DNA of 64,000 bases. Origin: Nageia nagi. Taxonomy: Eukaryota; Plantae; Pinophyta. Both the position numbers and the translations under genes were made by a program. The DNA lies in contig JBITNC010000001.1 in assembly GCA_050084985.1 (NCBI GenBank), positions 89,218,001 to 89,282,000 of the forward strand, given 5' to 3'. Under the pieces are notes generated by a model. That model was not told the origin of the DNA. It searched no databases and saw only the letters and a program-made list of their open reading frames with translations. Positions 1 to 13,500 of the stretch are shown here, in pieces. Position 1 is the first letter of the stretch, and every line of letters starts with the position of its first letter.

Positions 1-3000
1 ACCATTAGATATAGCTGAGGATGAAGTACCAAACACAAAATACTTGCCATCCTTGTTACAAAAAGAATATCTTACATTTCCATAAGAGGAGTTGATACAC
101 ATCAATATTGGAACTTTGGATGATGAGAGATTGTAACAAATTAGAGTTGTTTTACCTCTTCCATAATAAGAAAGGTACAAAAATAAGTTTATTGAGCATT
201 CTAAGAATTTTGCTTGGTCTTATGATGATATGCCAAGATTAGATCCCTCATTTATTATGCACAATCTACCATTGAAAGAGGATGTCAAGCCAATCAAACA
301 AAAACCTAGAAAGAAGCATCCTTCCAAGGCCTTATTAGTCAAAAAAGAGAGAAAGAAATATTTAAATGTTGGTTTCATAAGGCCTATTAACTATTATGAT
401 TGGATGGCTAATATTTTTCCTATCTCCAAACCAACTGGTGATATACGAGTATGTACAAATTTTCATGATATCAGTAGTGTTTGTCCTAAAGATGATTTTC
501 CATTGCCAAATATTGATATGATTATTGATAGTATAGCTAGTCATGATACATTATCATTTATGGATGGTTTTCTAGCTATAACCAAATTTTAATTAACCCT
601 TTTGATCAACATAAAATAATTTTTACTACCCCTTGGGGTAATTTTTGTTGGATGGTTATGCGTTTTGGACTTAAAAATGCAAGAGCTACATATCAAAGAG
701 CAATGGTCACCATGTTTCATGAGCACATTCACAAAACCATGGAGGTATACATTGATGATATTTAAGTCAAATCCAAGCAAGGACAAGATCATCTACAAGT
801 GCTTGAAGAGGTATTCCCATTTTGCAAAGGTACAAACTAAGACTTAAACCTCAAAAATGTGCATTTAGAGTCACTTCTGGTAAATTATTAGGATTCATGG
901 TTTGTAATACAAGAATAGAATTAGATCCTAAAAAAATCAAAACCATTGTTAATATGCCTCCACCAAAAACTTGAAACAATTAAGGATCCTCCAAGCTAAA
1001 ATAAATTCAATTAGAAGATTCATCTCACAACTTAGGGATAAGTGTAGGCCATTCACTCATCTACTCAAAAAGGATGTAAATTTGTATGGATGACAATTTC
1101 AAAAAGCATTTGAGGATATTAGATGATATCTACTTCATTCTCCCATCCTAGTCCCCATGGATTTTTCAAAACCTACTTACTTATACATCTCAGCCACATT
1201 ATATGCACTAGGAATAATGCTTTTTCAAAAAATATAAAAAATAAGGAAAGAGCCATCTATTATCTTAGCAAAACTTTGATTGATTATGAAACTAAATACA
1301 CTCTATGAAAAACTTTGCTATGCTATTATCTTCACTACTAAAAAATTGAGGAATTATTTATTATATTGCACTACATTTGTTGTTAGTCCTATCAACCCAT
1401 TAAATATCTTATGTCTAAGCAACATTTATCAGGTAGGCTTACAAAGTGGTTTAATGTTGTTATAGGAATTTATATAAATATGGTAAAACAAAATTTGTTA
1501 AAGGCCAAGCAATCATAGATTTGATAGAGATTTTCCTCAAGATGAAAAGAAAATATCCAAGAAGAATTTCCTAATGAATTTCAAAGTGACCCATGATGCC
1601 AGCATCATGTAGATAAGCTTAAGGGATGCCAACACATGATTTGATGAGATCTAATCCTTGATGACTACATATGCCTCACAAAAGATGAGCCTACTTCATA
1701 GACTCTATATTTTGATGGGTTAAAATGTTGTCATTAAGCAAGAGTAGCTACACTAGTACCAATTGAAATTGAATATGAAGAGACCATCCTCACAATTCAA
1801 AAGTTAAATCCTCAATTCAAGTTATTCTCCTTCTTACATAGATCATATGGATTGGATTTAAGTTGTCTTATTGTATAAGAGAATGATTTTCAAAATTGGT
1901 ACTGTGATATTTACAATTATTTGAAAAATCAAATACTTCTTATAATTTTGATAGAAATGAAAAAGTAAGATTGAAAAGAACTGTGTAAAATATGTGATAA
2001 TTGGAGAAATATTGTATAGGAGATCATTTATGGTGCATTATTGAGATGCTTAACACATGATGAGATAGCTACTACCTTAAACAAGCTCATGATGGTCTAT
2101 GATGGTGATCACTTTCATACAAAAACACTATACACCAAAATTTTGAGAACTAGATACTACTAGCCTACTATGGAAAGAGGATTGCAAGGCTCATGTTAAA
2201 ACTTGTTTGCAATATCAAAAATATGCAATTTAGAGAAACAACCTACTGAAGAGTTACATTTTATTATTTCTTCATGGCCATTTGCTACTTGGGGCATAGA
2301 TTTGATTGTATGATTAATCCCTATTCTAGGGAGGGACAAATTTTTATTATAGCTACAGAATTCACCACAAGTGGGTGGAAAGCAATCCAATCAAATCAAT
2401 CACTCAACCTAAATCATTGCATTTACTCATCAAAAAATCATCACAAGGTTTGGTGTACCATAAAGGTTGACAATGGACAATGGCCCAAATTTCAAAGGTA
2501 AAGACATGAAGGCTTTTTGTAAAAAGTTTCATATTGCACAAACTTTTTCTTCTATCTATTACCCTCAAGGTAATAGTCAAACTGAAGCCACAAATAAGAC
2601 AATCAAGAGCATACTTACCAAAACATGGATAAATACAAGAAAGATTGGCATGAGCAATTACCATAACATTATGGGCATATAGAACTAGTATCTATACCAC
2701 CATGGGCAACACCATTTTCATTTGTAAATGGAGATGAGGATATTTCCCCAATTGAGTGAGATTCCATCTCTTAGAATTTCCTTACAAGGTGACATCTCCA
2801 ATGAAGATGCACAAAAAGTAAGGTTGCAGTAGCTAGAATCATTAGATGAAAAAAAATCAAAGCCATTGGACATCAAAAGGTATATCATGCAAAACTCAAG
2901 AGAGCATTTGGTAAGAAGATCAAAGCAAAAGAATTCAAAATAGGGGATTTAGTATTGAAAGAAAACATCAACAAAATATAGCAAATTATGAAGCAAAAGG

Positions 3001-5632
3001 CAAGTTTGAGCCCAATTATTTGGTCCATATGTTTAATTGATGTAACAAGATCAAGTGCATATAGATTATCATCCATCTTAAATGATTCTATGCTTAAAAT
3101 CAACATCATGCCCCATAAAACACATCAATTCATGAGTAGGGGCATACAAACTTAAAAAAAAAAACACAAAAAATCCCACGATGCTAGCAACTTGCACTAC
3201 AACTAGCTGATAGCTAGCATGAAAAAAAAATGATCATGATGACAAAAAAAGTGAAAACAAAGGAATATGAGAAGCATTATCGCCCTTCTAAACTTCACTA
3301 TACATTCTATGCTACATTTCTCGTAGCTCTGAATAGCACTACTCTCTTCCATATGTTTTGATTCATGACTGTTACCCAAATGATGACATGGTGGATTTGG
3401 GTTGCCACATGTTTCATGCATGTGACAAGATGGCTTCCTTACCCCCTTTTTAGCTTCAGATAGGGGCAATCTCATATTCAACTATAAGTATGATGAATTA
3501 GCAGACTTTCCTATTAGAAGGTAAAATAATTTTATTTTAGCAAAAATCAAGGATTCCTACGATGTCACAGCATGTAGAAGACTGTTCCCATGATGCTAGT
3601 GACATGGAAAAAAAAGAGAAAAGAGAAATGATAGTTCAAATGTCTTCGGATCATAGACATAAAAATGTATGATCATCGATGGCCAACAACACAGTTAGTG
3701 AGAGTTCACTCACTTAAAATAAAATCAATGATACACCATGAGCAAGTTGTTGATATTGATTCATCATTAATAGATGATACAACTTACTATGTATCCATAT
3801 AATTTTTGCTTTGAACCAATCCAAAGCATACTATACTTCGGATCATAGACATAAAATGTATGATCATTATTGCCAATGACATGGCTAGTGAGAGTTCACT
3901 CACTTAAAAGGTAAACTAATGATGCAACCCTAAGCAGATTGCAACATTGATTAATTATCAATGAACGATGCAACTCACTATGCATCCACTATATTTTATG
4001 ATTGACATTTCATTGTAGGTTTCTATATCCCAAAGAGAAGAAGAAAATACATCGATTTCCATGCTACTAGCGATGTGCATACTATTCCTATGCCATCAAT
4101 GGTGTCCATTTCATCATCATTCCATCTTTATCAAATCAGATCTTCTCTATTTCAAGGCATGAACATAAGTACAAATGGTTTTTGAGTATGAAAAATGATA
4201 GAATGGCCAAATTCATGGTGGAAATAGTACAAGGGGCAAAAACACATTTTCCATCTCCAAAATTAGATATGGGATCATATAGCTACCTGATAGCATAGTC
4301 ATTTCCATCATCTACATAGCAACATTCCTAGAGAGAGATTCTTCATCATATTTTACCTTAATTGCACCATTCAAGGATCTTTCCTAGGGCATCCAAGGGG
4401 CTAGCAAGGGACCCTCATCATCATCAACAACAAGGGACTGTATACAAAGAGTTCAAAGTTCTCAAAAGTATTTCTTCTACACATCTTCTTTGGACATGTA
4501 ATTTCTTTGGTTCAATTACACCTTAAAGAGGGGCAAATGTAGATGCCTAAAAATGAATTATTATTTATTAAATAATTCATTTTAAGCCTCAATAATCTAT
4601 TATGTAAAAGGAGTTAAATATACCCTAATTCATGTCAAAGCTATGTAATATGTCAAATGGACCCTTGTGGCATATACAAGGGGTCAAAAAGATCAAAATC
4701 ATGTAAACGTGTATCATATATATAGGCATCAAAGATGACCTAAAACATAGCCATAGATTTAAGGGGATCATCTCTTAAAGAGAGGTCACGGGAAAACGAA
4801 TACAAGGAGGACTCTAGAGAGCTCTAGCACATGTTACATCACTCTGTTATGCTAAATAATATTCATAAGTTATATCTTATGTTTGCTATCTGATGACTCT
4901 TCAATTCACTCATCGTTACATTCTTTATTGCATCTGTTATATTGCATTATCCTAAGTTGTCAACGATGTGCCAAGTATAGGACATAATAGTGTGCAATTG
5001 AATGAATGTATGCTTATCTTTTGTGTATGTTTATCTTAATGGAATGAACACATGATATAATTAAGCACAAGTATCTTTTTTTTATGCATTATTACCATAT
5101 TTCATATATATGCATCAATAAGAAATAAGTAGACCAATAGTGCATTAATTAACCCCTATAAATAATTAGTTGCATTATTTCAAGACTTCAATTATACTCT
5201 AAGATTTACATTCTTGTGATCTTTCATCCCTTTGTGAATGAGATTTCATGCATCGAAGGTGGGGCAATGACATTGAGTGAAGGGTGAGGCATTTGGAATG
5301 GTAACCCAGATGACATTGATGGTTTTTGGCATTACCATTGGGTTAGAGGTCAGATTGGTAGTCCCATGTTTGAAGGAAGCTCATCATTTTCCTCTTTAGA
5401 TTGAATTCCTTCTTCTCATCATAGTAAGTATAGTTGTATCTTTCATAAATCTAGTTTTGATAAGTCAAGGTTAATTAGGTCATTGTCATCTTTCATATCA
5501 TCAATTTCTTGTTATTTCATAGTTAATTGGTGAATTTAATTATTCTATAAATAACCCTAATAATTATTATTTTAGTTATAACAAAATATAATATTTTTTA
5601 ATTTCTTGGTATAACCCATCATTCTTCTTACA
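1..5632 (+). mobile_element. Degenerate Ty3/gypsy LTR retrotransposon, 3' part (RT-RNaseH-integrase remnants, long 3' UTR, PPT, 3' LTR); Athila/Tat-like
   Basis: Broken ORFs with gypsy RT motifs (IRVCTNFHDISSVCPKDDFPLPNID, LSFMDGF; 230..592), RNaseH (ERAIYYLSKTLIDYETKY) and integrase (MDNGPNFKG, YYPQGNSQTEATNK; 2467..2682) in RT-RH-INT order; purine tract aaagaggggcaaa ends at 4537, followed by TGTAGA at 4538. LTR right end (~5632) is approximate. Confidence 0.85.
4538..5632 (+). repeat. Putative 3' LTR of the gypsy element
   Basis: Starts TGTAG directly after the PPT; candidate end ...cttcttaCA at 5632; partner LTR is outside the window. Confidence 0.5.
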
Positions 5633-6079
5633 CCATACTTTGTATGAGGGTATGATCATAGGCTAGAAATTGATATTTTAGTATTGTATAATTTCATGGC
5701 TTGATTAGTTTTTCATTGTTAATGATTTTATAATAATATATAATGAATATACATGTGGCTACTAATGATCTCTTCTTTAGTCTTATTTATGTTGTTAACA
5801 ACTAAATTAGATTTTTATTTAATTAAAAACATATTTTATGTATCTAATTGACTTAATATAATTATTATCATTTTTGAGATATATTTCTTAAATAAAGAGC
5901 ATTTCAATAATTTATATTCTTTTAATGATAGGTCCAAGTAGTGCTACCCAAGATATCTTGGCTGATGGTGGAACTTCATCTATAAAGGAGGGAAAGATTG
6001 TGATGTAAATCATAATTTGGACCTTGATATATAGAGAACTCATACATTTTATGTTCAGTGTTCTTCAACACTACCTATC

Positions 6080-7047
6080 TGTAGACACTCTAAAAATGCA
6101 TAAAGTTAGGTCATATCAATATTTGAACAAAAGCTTATTACTTAAGCAAAATAGTCAAAATTAGTCAACATTACAATTGATCTATAGATCTTGTAATCAA
6201 CCCATCAACATTTTATACCATGTAGTCGATCAACTGACTGGTAGTCGAATGATCAATCCTAAAATAATTATTTATAAAAGTTAATTTTGAAGATCAAAAT
6301 CTTAACAATTAATCATTTGAGCTATTATTTTTTTTGTTTGAGAATTCTAAGCATTGTTTGATTCAAATATATAAGCATATTTTTTGGTAATATCTAGGTT
6401 TTTGAGGGAAATCCACCACAGAATCACTTCAATCTTATCCCACCCCATCTTAGCATGGTTTGAGGTATATTTGTGTCAATTCATCATATATTGTATCATA
6501 TTGCTTGTTTTCCTTAATATTTTGTAGGTATAGGTACAATATTGAGCAATCTTGGAGCATATTAGAGTATTTGTATCTTTTTTCATGTTATTTGTTTATT
6601 TTACATGCATTATGCATCCTAGACTAATCTAATGATAGATTCACGTTAGCTAGTCACTTAGTCAATCTTGATCATACCCATTATCATTATTTATCATTAG
6701 TGTGTCACTTAGCATTATGGGTATCTTGCATTACCCATAAATATTATTTTCTTACATTTTATTTAGCATTATTTGTTTAGCATTGTATCATCTGAGCATA
6801 ATCTTGAATCATAATCTTTATCATTTAGTACAATCTTTATTTTCATAAAGAATCATATAAAAGCATATCATATGAGCATTATCTTGCATGTAGGCATACT
6901 TTTATATTCTACACACCTTTTGATTAGGGTGTAGGGGGCCTAAATATATCAAAGATAGGGATTAACCCCTACATGTGGGCCTTGGGATCTTAAGGGGCCA
7001 AGGTTGAGGTTCCCCCTACCATGTTAGATTACATTTAGGTTTTAACA
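6080..7047 (+). repeat. Old solo-LTR-like repeat
   Basis: Starts TGTAGACACTCTAAAAATG, candidate end TTTTAACA; visibly related to the repeat starting at 62818. No TSD found. Confidence 0.4.
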
Positions 7048-10000
7048 TTTTATTTTTGTGAGTATAAAAGCCAAAAAAGACTATATAAGATGTCATAGCA
7101 ATAATATTTATCAAAAGAAAAGGATCACATTTCTAATTTTTAGTATGATAAACTCATATCATAAGCATTGATTGTATTTTAAAGTTCTTAGAGATATTAC
7201 TCATGGACTAATTATCTTACTTGTGCACGCATTTTAAGATTACACTATAAAGTCTATATTTACACCCTCATTATTTATTGTATTTCCTTTATTTATTATA
7301 TTATAGTTTAAGTTTGACATCTTAGTAGAAAACCTTGATGATGAACTCAAGTTTAAAGGTACTATGGAGGGAACAATATACAACGATGCATTATGGGATG
7401 TCAACACATCGCACCTTTGAGGAATGGAGGTTTAAACTTTGGAGGCGAGTTGTCTTGAACGTGTGTGGTACATATCTAGGTTATAATCTACTTGGAATAG
7501 GTAAACAACATGTTGGTTATACATTTGTATTCATATTTAATTAGATGTTGAGCATAAAAACATTAGATCTTATGAGCTGTAATTATTAAAAATCATACCA
7601 TGGATTAAAGCTTTTTAGTTTATTATAATTAATATTATTATTTGAGTAAAATTATTTTTTTGTATTAACACATGTATTCACAAGTTTAATACCATTCTAC
7701 ATATTGACATAACATGATAGTGCCAATATGACTCATATCATTATATGCACTTGCTTCAATTACATTTGACTATTTGTAAGTATATTTTACTTTTAATAAT
7801 TTCAATTTGGTACCTTTATTTTATTTATTTTTCTTTTTTTTTTTGTAATAAGGGGTTTGATTAATACATTGAGCCCTACACTTTGTGTTCAACAAATAAG
7901 TATAAATAATACTCCATAAGTCCATCACTATCCTAGGGTGATTTCCTATTATCTATAAGGTTTTTTAAGTTTATAGGAATGAGGATGTAGAAGAAGAATT
8001 AAGGCATAAGATCTAAAGATTATATATATATATATATAATTTTGAGATTAAGCATAAACTATACTTTAGTTTTATACAGAGAGTGTAAATGCATATACTT
8101 AATTATACACTTTATTTTAAATTTCACATATTTTTAGATATAACTTTTATGGTTTGATTGGTTTATTTTGGGATATAAATCGAGAGGATTGCAATATATC
8201 TGCCTAGCACACTACAATGTGTCACAATCAATAATCTTTACATTTTAAATAAAACTTACATCCATCTAGTCAAATTACATAACTTAGGGTTGACTGTGCA
8301 TGTTTTTATATGCTTTAGGCATGGAATTTAATACTTGATCCATATTTAGAATCATGTAAAAATAACACATTTGGTAATTATATATCATCAAATTCTCTTA
8401 TATAGCTCTCTTACATATTTATCTCTTCCACACTTATTGACAAGAACCTCAACTATTGACATTATTGAATAGTCCTATCATAATTCAAGAATTGTATCTC
8501 ATTATTGCTTGTTATTTGTTGAATCAACTTAGGTTGAGGGCTTATATAATGCATCAATAGGTTACAAATATCCCTTCTTGACATTAACATCCCAAACTTT
8601 TGTCTCTTGACAATATATAAAAAGTCCACATTAAATTGTATTCTTCTTAACATCATAATCAAAATTGAAGTTATACCTAATCCATTAATATAAATAAATA
8701 AAAATATAATATACGATCCATACCAAAGATCTAGTTGAATCTATACCATCATAAGAAATAAATATATCCATATTAACAAACAAATAAAAAAACTTTATCA
8801 ACATTTCAATCTAAAATATTAATCTATTTCAATTCAAAAGAACAATGAAATTCAAGCACTATCATATCATTAACTATTCAACTTTCAAAGTTTTATTTGA
8901 ATCTATTTTCTATATATATTCATCATTAGAGTATCAATTATTTATGCTCAACATTAATCTTAAACTTATAGAGCAAGTCCACCCATGTCAGGGGACTTAA
9001 GGAAGTATCAGGAATACTCCATGGGAGGTATAGGTTCAGATCTCTCAACCCCTACATAGTAGAACATGTAAAAGGAGTTTAAATACCCTTCTTCAAAATT
9101 GAAAAAAGAATTTACTAATATTAAAAAAGAAAAACTTGTCTAATATCAAAATTAATATTATCTTTTACCATGTAACTTTACATCTGCAAATTCAACAACT
9201 AAAATGAATAATGAAAATCTTCTACTTTTATCCCTTTGACCAATCCACTATAAATCTTGAACCCATAAACATCATTACATCGAGAGGCATTTTATAACTA
9301 GCTTTGATATAACCCCTCATATATCAAAAAACGCCGAGAGGTATTATTCTTGAGCTTATTTCTTATTTGAATTATTTGTAACCTCCTATTCGAATTATTT
9401 TTATGCGAATTATTTTTGTTTTGTGTGAGTAATTGAATTTATTTATTTGTGAACTGTGATATATTTATACAATTATGTAGATATAATTTTTATTAGCCGA
9501 CTATTTTTTTTTTTCAAATTATTTTCTTGAAATATAGCTCACATATTGTTGATGGACACACATGCGACATTTGGCTCTCCATCCCCCATGTTGCAGTTGT
9601 AGTTACATTGTATGTCTGTTTAACAATAATACAATGATTAAAATTAATCCATGACTAACATTTGTATAAATAAATGATTGAAATTATTCCACAACTTTTT
9701 TCATATTTAATTATTGTTATTGGATTTTTTTAAAATAAATACTATAATATTTATATATATAATATTTTTATTTAATAATATTTATAAAATATATAAAAAT
9801 ATTTAAGATAAACATATTAAGATTGATATCTCTCCCATAGATATATATTATAATATCTAAACTAGTTAATATCATTTGTATGGTTCCTAACTAATTTTAA
9901 ATGTATATAATATCATAATTAACATTGTTTTTTAACCATGTTAATTTTATTTTACGTCTTCACATTCTTCAGTCAAAGTTAGCGATGGAAATCCTCTACT

Positions 10001-10393
10001 TTTACTCATGAGCATCATCGATATTGTTTGTAAGGTTCCTATTTGCACACATGTCTCCAAAAGTGATACACCCCTCCTACCCAAACATCAAAATCAAAAT
10101 CAATGAGGACAAGCAAAAGTTCTTAAACAATTAATCAACAAAAACAGAAATCTTGTAATTAGCACCTCCACATGCTGTCTAGGCTATCCCATGAGCAGAG
10201 AGATGTTGGGATTGGGAAGCGAGGTATACGTGGCAAATATAGGCTCTTGGCTGTTGAAAATACCATAAATGGAGGAATCCCAAATTTAAATCCAAGTCGC
10301 TATTGCTGTAAAACAGTTATGTGTAATAGTCGTCTTGATTGTTGTTACTTTAGGCAAATATTCATATCTATGACAGACTGGCATAGTTGTGCC

Positions 10394-10410
10394 TATATAT
10401 TTAGTATATA
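10394..10410 (+). promoter_or_regulatory. Candidate TATA box of SMO2
   Basis: TATATATTTAGTATATA about 150 bp upstream of the ATG at 10551, followed by a pyrimidine-rich 5' UTR-like tract. Confidence 0.4.
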
Positions 10411-10550
10411 GTTAGAGCAGTGCAGAGACAGCTGAATCTGAGAATTACAGTCTACTACAACACTCTCTCGTTTTGTTTTCTTTTTGGGCTCAGCCCCCCT
10501 TAAAAAGTGACCCGACTTGATAGGACTGAGCCTGATTATTCTGGATTTTG

Positions 10551-10580
10551 ATGGCGGCCTTGCTTGATAAAGGATGGGAG
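10551..10580 (+). CDS. SMO2: SMO2 coding exon 1
   Basis: ATG GCG GCC...TGG GAG|gtaatt = [10 protein letters not shown]. Confidence 0.85.
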
Positions 10581-13500
10581 GTAATTGTTTATGCTCTTAC
10601 TTCAGAAATTTGTATTTTAGTAAACATCATTATCGAATCTGTGGCATGATTTCAATCACCCACAAAATGTTTTTCAATCATCCAACTGAGAAATAAACAT
10701 GGATTCTTGGATGTGATGTGATGAATTTCACACCCAGAAGGGAATGCCATCAAATGACTAACTACACTTTAAACAATGGTATCCGATGGCATGGGTTCGC
10801 TCATCCTCATTGCATAGTTAGGCCTGCGATGTTTTTTTCCAAGCGCCCACATTATTGCCCAAAATATGTTCTGTTTTATTTTTTCATTACCTGGAATGAA
10901 ATGGTAACCACAAACTTCTTTAGGGGAGCAATGTATTTATTGCAATGAAAAATGCATGTGTTCTTGTGAATCGACTGTTGATTTAGGTCTCCAGGATCCT
11001 ATGGGGTGGTAACTTTAGACCACATCCTGGAAGGAACTCATTTTAGGAGCCCCAGTTTAGTATGCCTGTGTGATTTTGGGAATAATGGTGGGTTTTGAAC
11101 CCAAGCTGAGATGGTTGCTGGCTGTCTGACGTAGAGGGCATATTTAAGTTGGATATTGGAAGCTAGTCTTTGGGTAAATGTGAGTTTGCTTATTCCATCA
11201 TTTTTTTTTTCATGTTTTTGTTCTTTTTTTTCTTTCTCCATTTGTTGTCTTTAGCTATTTTCTTGTTAGTCAAACAATATGGAACATCTCATTTTCTTTA
11301 TGTAGAACATTGCATTAGAAATGACGCATTTTACTTAATAAAATAGTGAATCTCAGCAGAAAATATGGAGGAGATACTATTTCTGATTTTATGGGTAAAC
11401 TTTTGATGATGTGAATTATTTAATAAGTGGTATGACTGAATTTTTTTTTTGACAAGGATTATTACGACTTTTCCTAGTTATTGTTTATGTTACTTTATAA
11501 TATGTTTCCAAGTAGCTAAATTGCTAAAACTACATTTTTTTTGTTCTTGACATGTTCCTTTTATAACTTTCTTAATTTAGTTTTTCAATTGTTTTGCAGT
11601 ATCTGATTACAAATTTCACGGACTTTCAACTAGCTTCCATAGGCAGCTTCCTTCTTCACGAAGGCATTTTTTTCTTGTCTGGGCTTCCTTTCATAGCACT
11701 TGAGAGATATGGTCTTCTGGACCAGTACAAAATCCAGGTTTTTATTTTTTAGTTCATCATTCAATCTGGCATTGATTGTATAATGTTCTGTTTTATTTCT
11801 TGTTCAATTATCACTTACAAGGCTATGTTCTTTTGTTAAAAAAGGATGCTTAAATTCAACTATTTTGAATCTAATGAGGTACATATGGGTGATGCATTGG
11901 ATGATAACTTCTTGATCATAATTCTTAATTATGCATGATTAATACAATTTACCCTATTAATAATAATAAAAAATCTTAGTTATCCAGCATATAGTTATTG
12001 TCTTTTTAATACCAAAAAGTAATTAGATCATGTTAACTACCTATCACACTAGTAGTGTTCATCTTTATTTCTTATAAGTGGCCTTGCAGTATGATTTTTA
12101 CCTGTAAGGAAGGAATGAAATAGATCGATTGGTGGACAGAGATCTCAAAGATGTCCATTCATATCCCATCATTTCCTTTTATAATTCTTGGAGCTGATTG
12201 GATGCATAATTCTTTGTGGTTGAGAGGTGTAGGGGTTTAAGTAATGCTTTCAGATTGTAAATTGTGGAAAGAACCAATACATGCAGTTCTGCATGGTGTA
12301 TCATGCTTGAAATAATACTTCAAAAGTGAACAATTTAATTTCTAGAGTCTTTTGTGCAAGATTTCCTGTAGTATGTCAGATAAGAAACCATGGCTCAGGA
12401 AAAGGATTTCAGAAATCTACTATGCATCATTTGAAGGGGAGGTTCTGGCAGCCCTCATTATTTGCAACTACACACCGGTTGTTTTGTTAGTCGTAGATGC
12501 TCTGACTAAAATGGATAGTGATGTTTTGATGAGGAAAATGATATTCTGTTGTTTTTGTGGACTTCCTATTGTATAGAAAACTAAAAAATGTGAAACAACA
12601 GTGCCCTTCAAATGGTATATTGCAAGAACATACCACAAAAAGATTGCAACTATTGGTATGATCTTGATGTTGTTGATTGGTGGGAAGAATGAAGAAATGA
12701 ACACGATTTTTGAAGAATCAAAACATTGAACACAAAACAAAGATTGAACCAAAGCCCTATAATAATCTTATATCAGATAAGATCAACATAATTACAAATA
12801 ATGTAAGGAGTGTTTTTTAAATAGGTACAATAACTATGTAATTGACTCTCCTCCAATAAGTGAACACACATTTGATTAATCCAACTCCATATAATATACA
12901 ACCAACTGATAAGAGTCAAGCATGTTGGCAATAGTATTAATAAATGCATGGATGAAATTATGGTAACATTCAACACCCTCCCTTAGGTTGACATAAGGGG
13001 CCAAGAATATGCTCTCTATAATCTTCATTTGAAGAAGAGGAGGTGAAGGTATCATCAGTACAACACCTTCCCTTGGTAGTAGCTACCTTTGCTTTCAAAC
13101 GAACAAAAGTGACCTGTAGCAAAGGCTTTGTGAAGATGTCTACCAACTGATTTTTTGTAGGAATATACTGCAAATTGATATCACCATTTTGCACCTTTTT
13201 ACGTATGCAATGCATATCCACCTTTGTGTGCTTGGATTGCTGATGCAATGCTCGATTCTTGGCCATGTGGATGGTACTTCAATTATTAACCCATTTACTG
13301 TACGGTTTGACCTACCCACTTACACCCCACATTATTCTTGCCCTTCAACCGAGGAACCAACTCTCAAGTTCTGCTCTTCATTAAAGTATCATAAACTTTC
13401 AAGTTGCATTCCATGTGGGTTTTCCATGTGCCTTCTTGAAAGTAGAAGGATCATCCCTCCTTTAGCATTACACATGAAAGCAAAATTCACCCAATTTTTC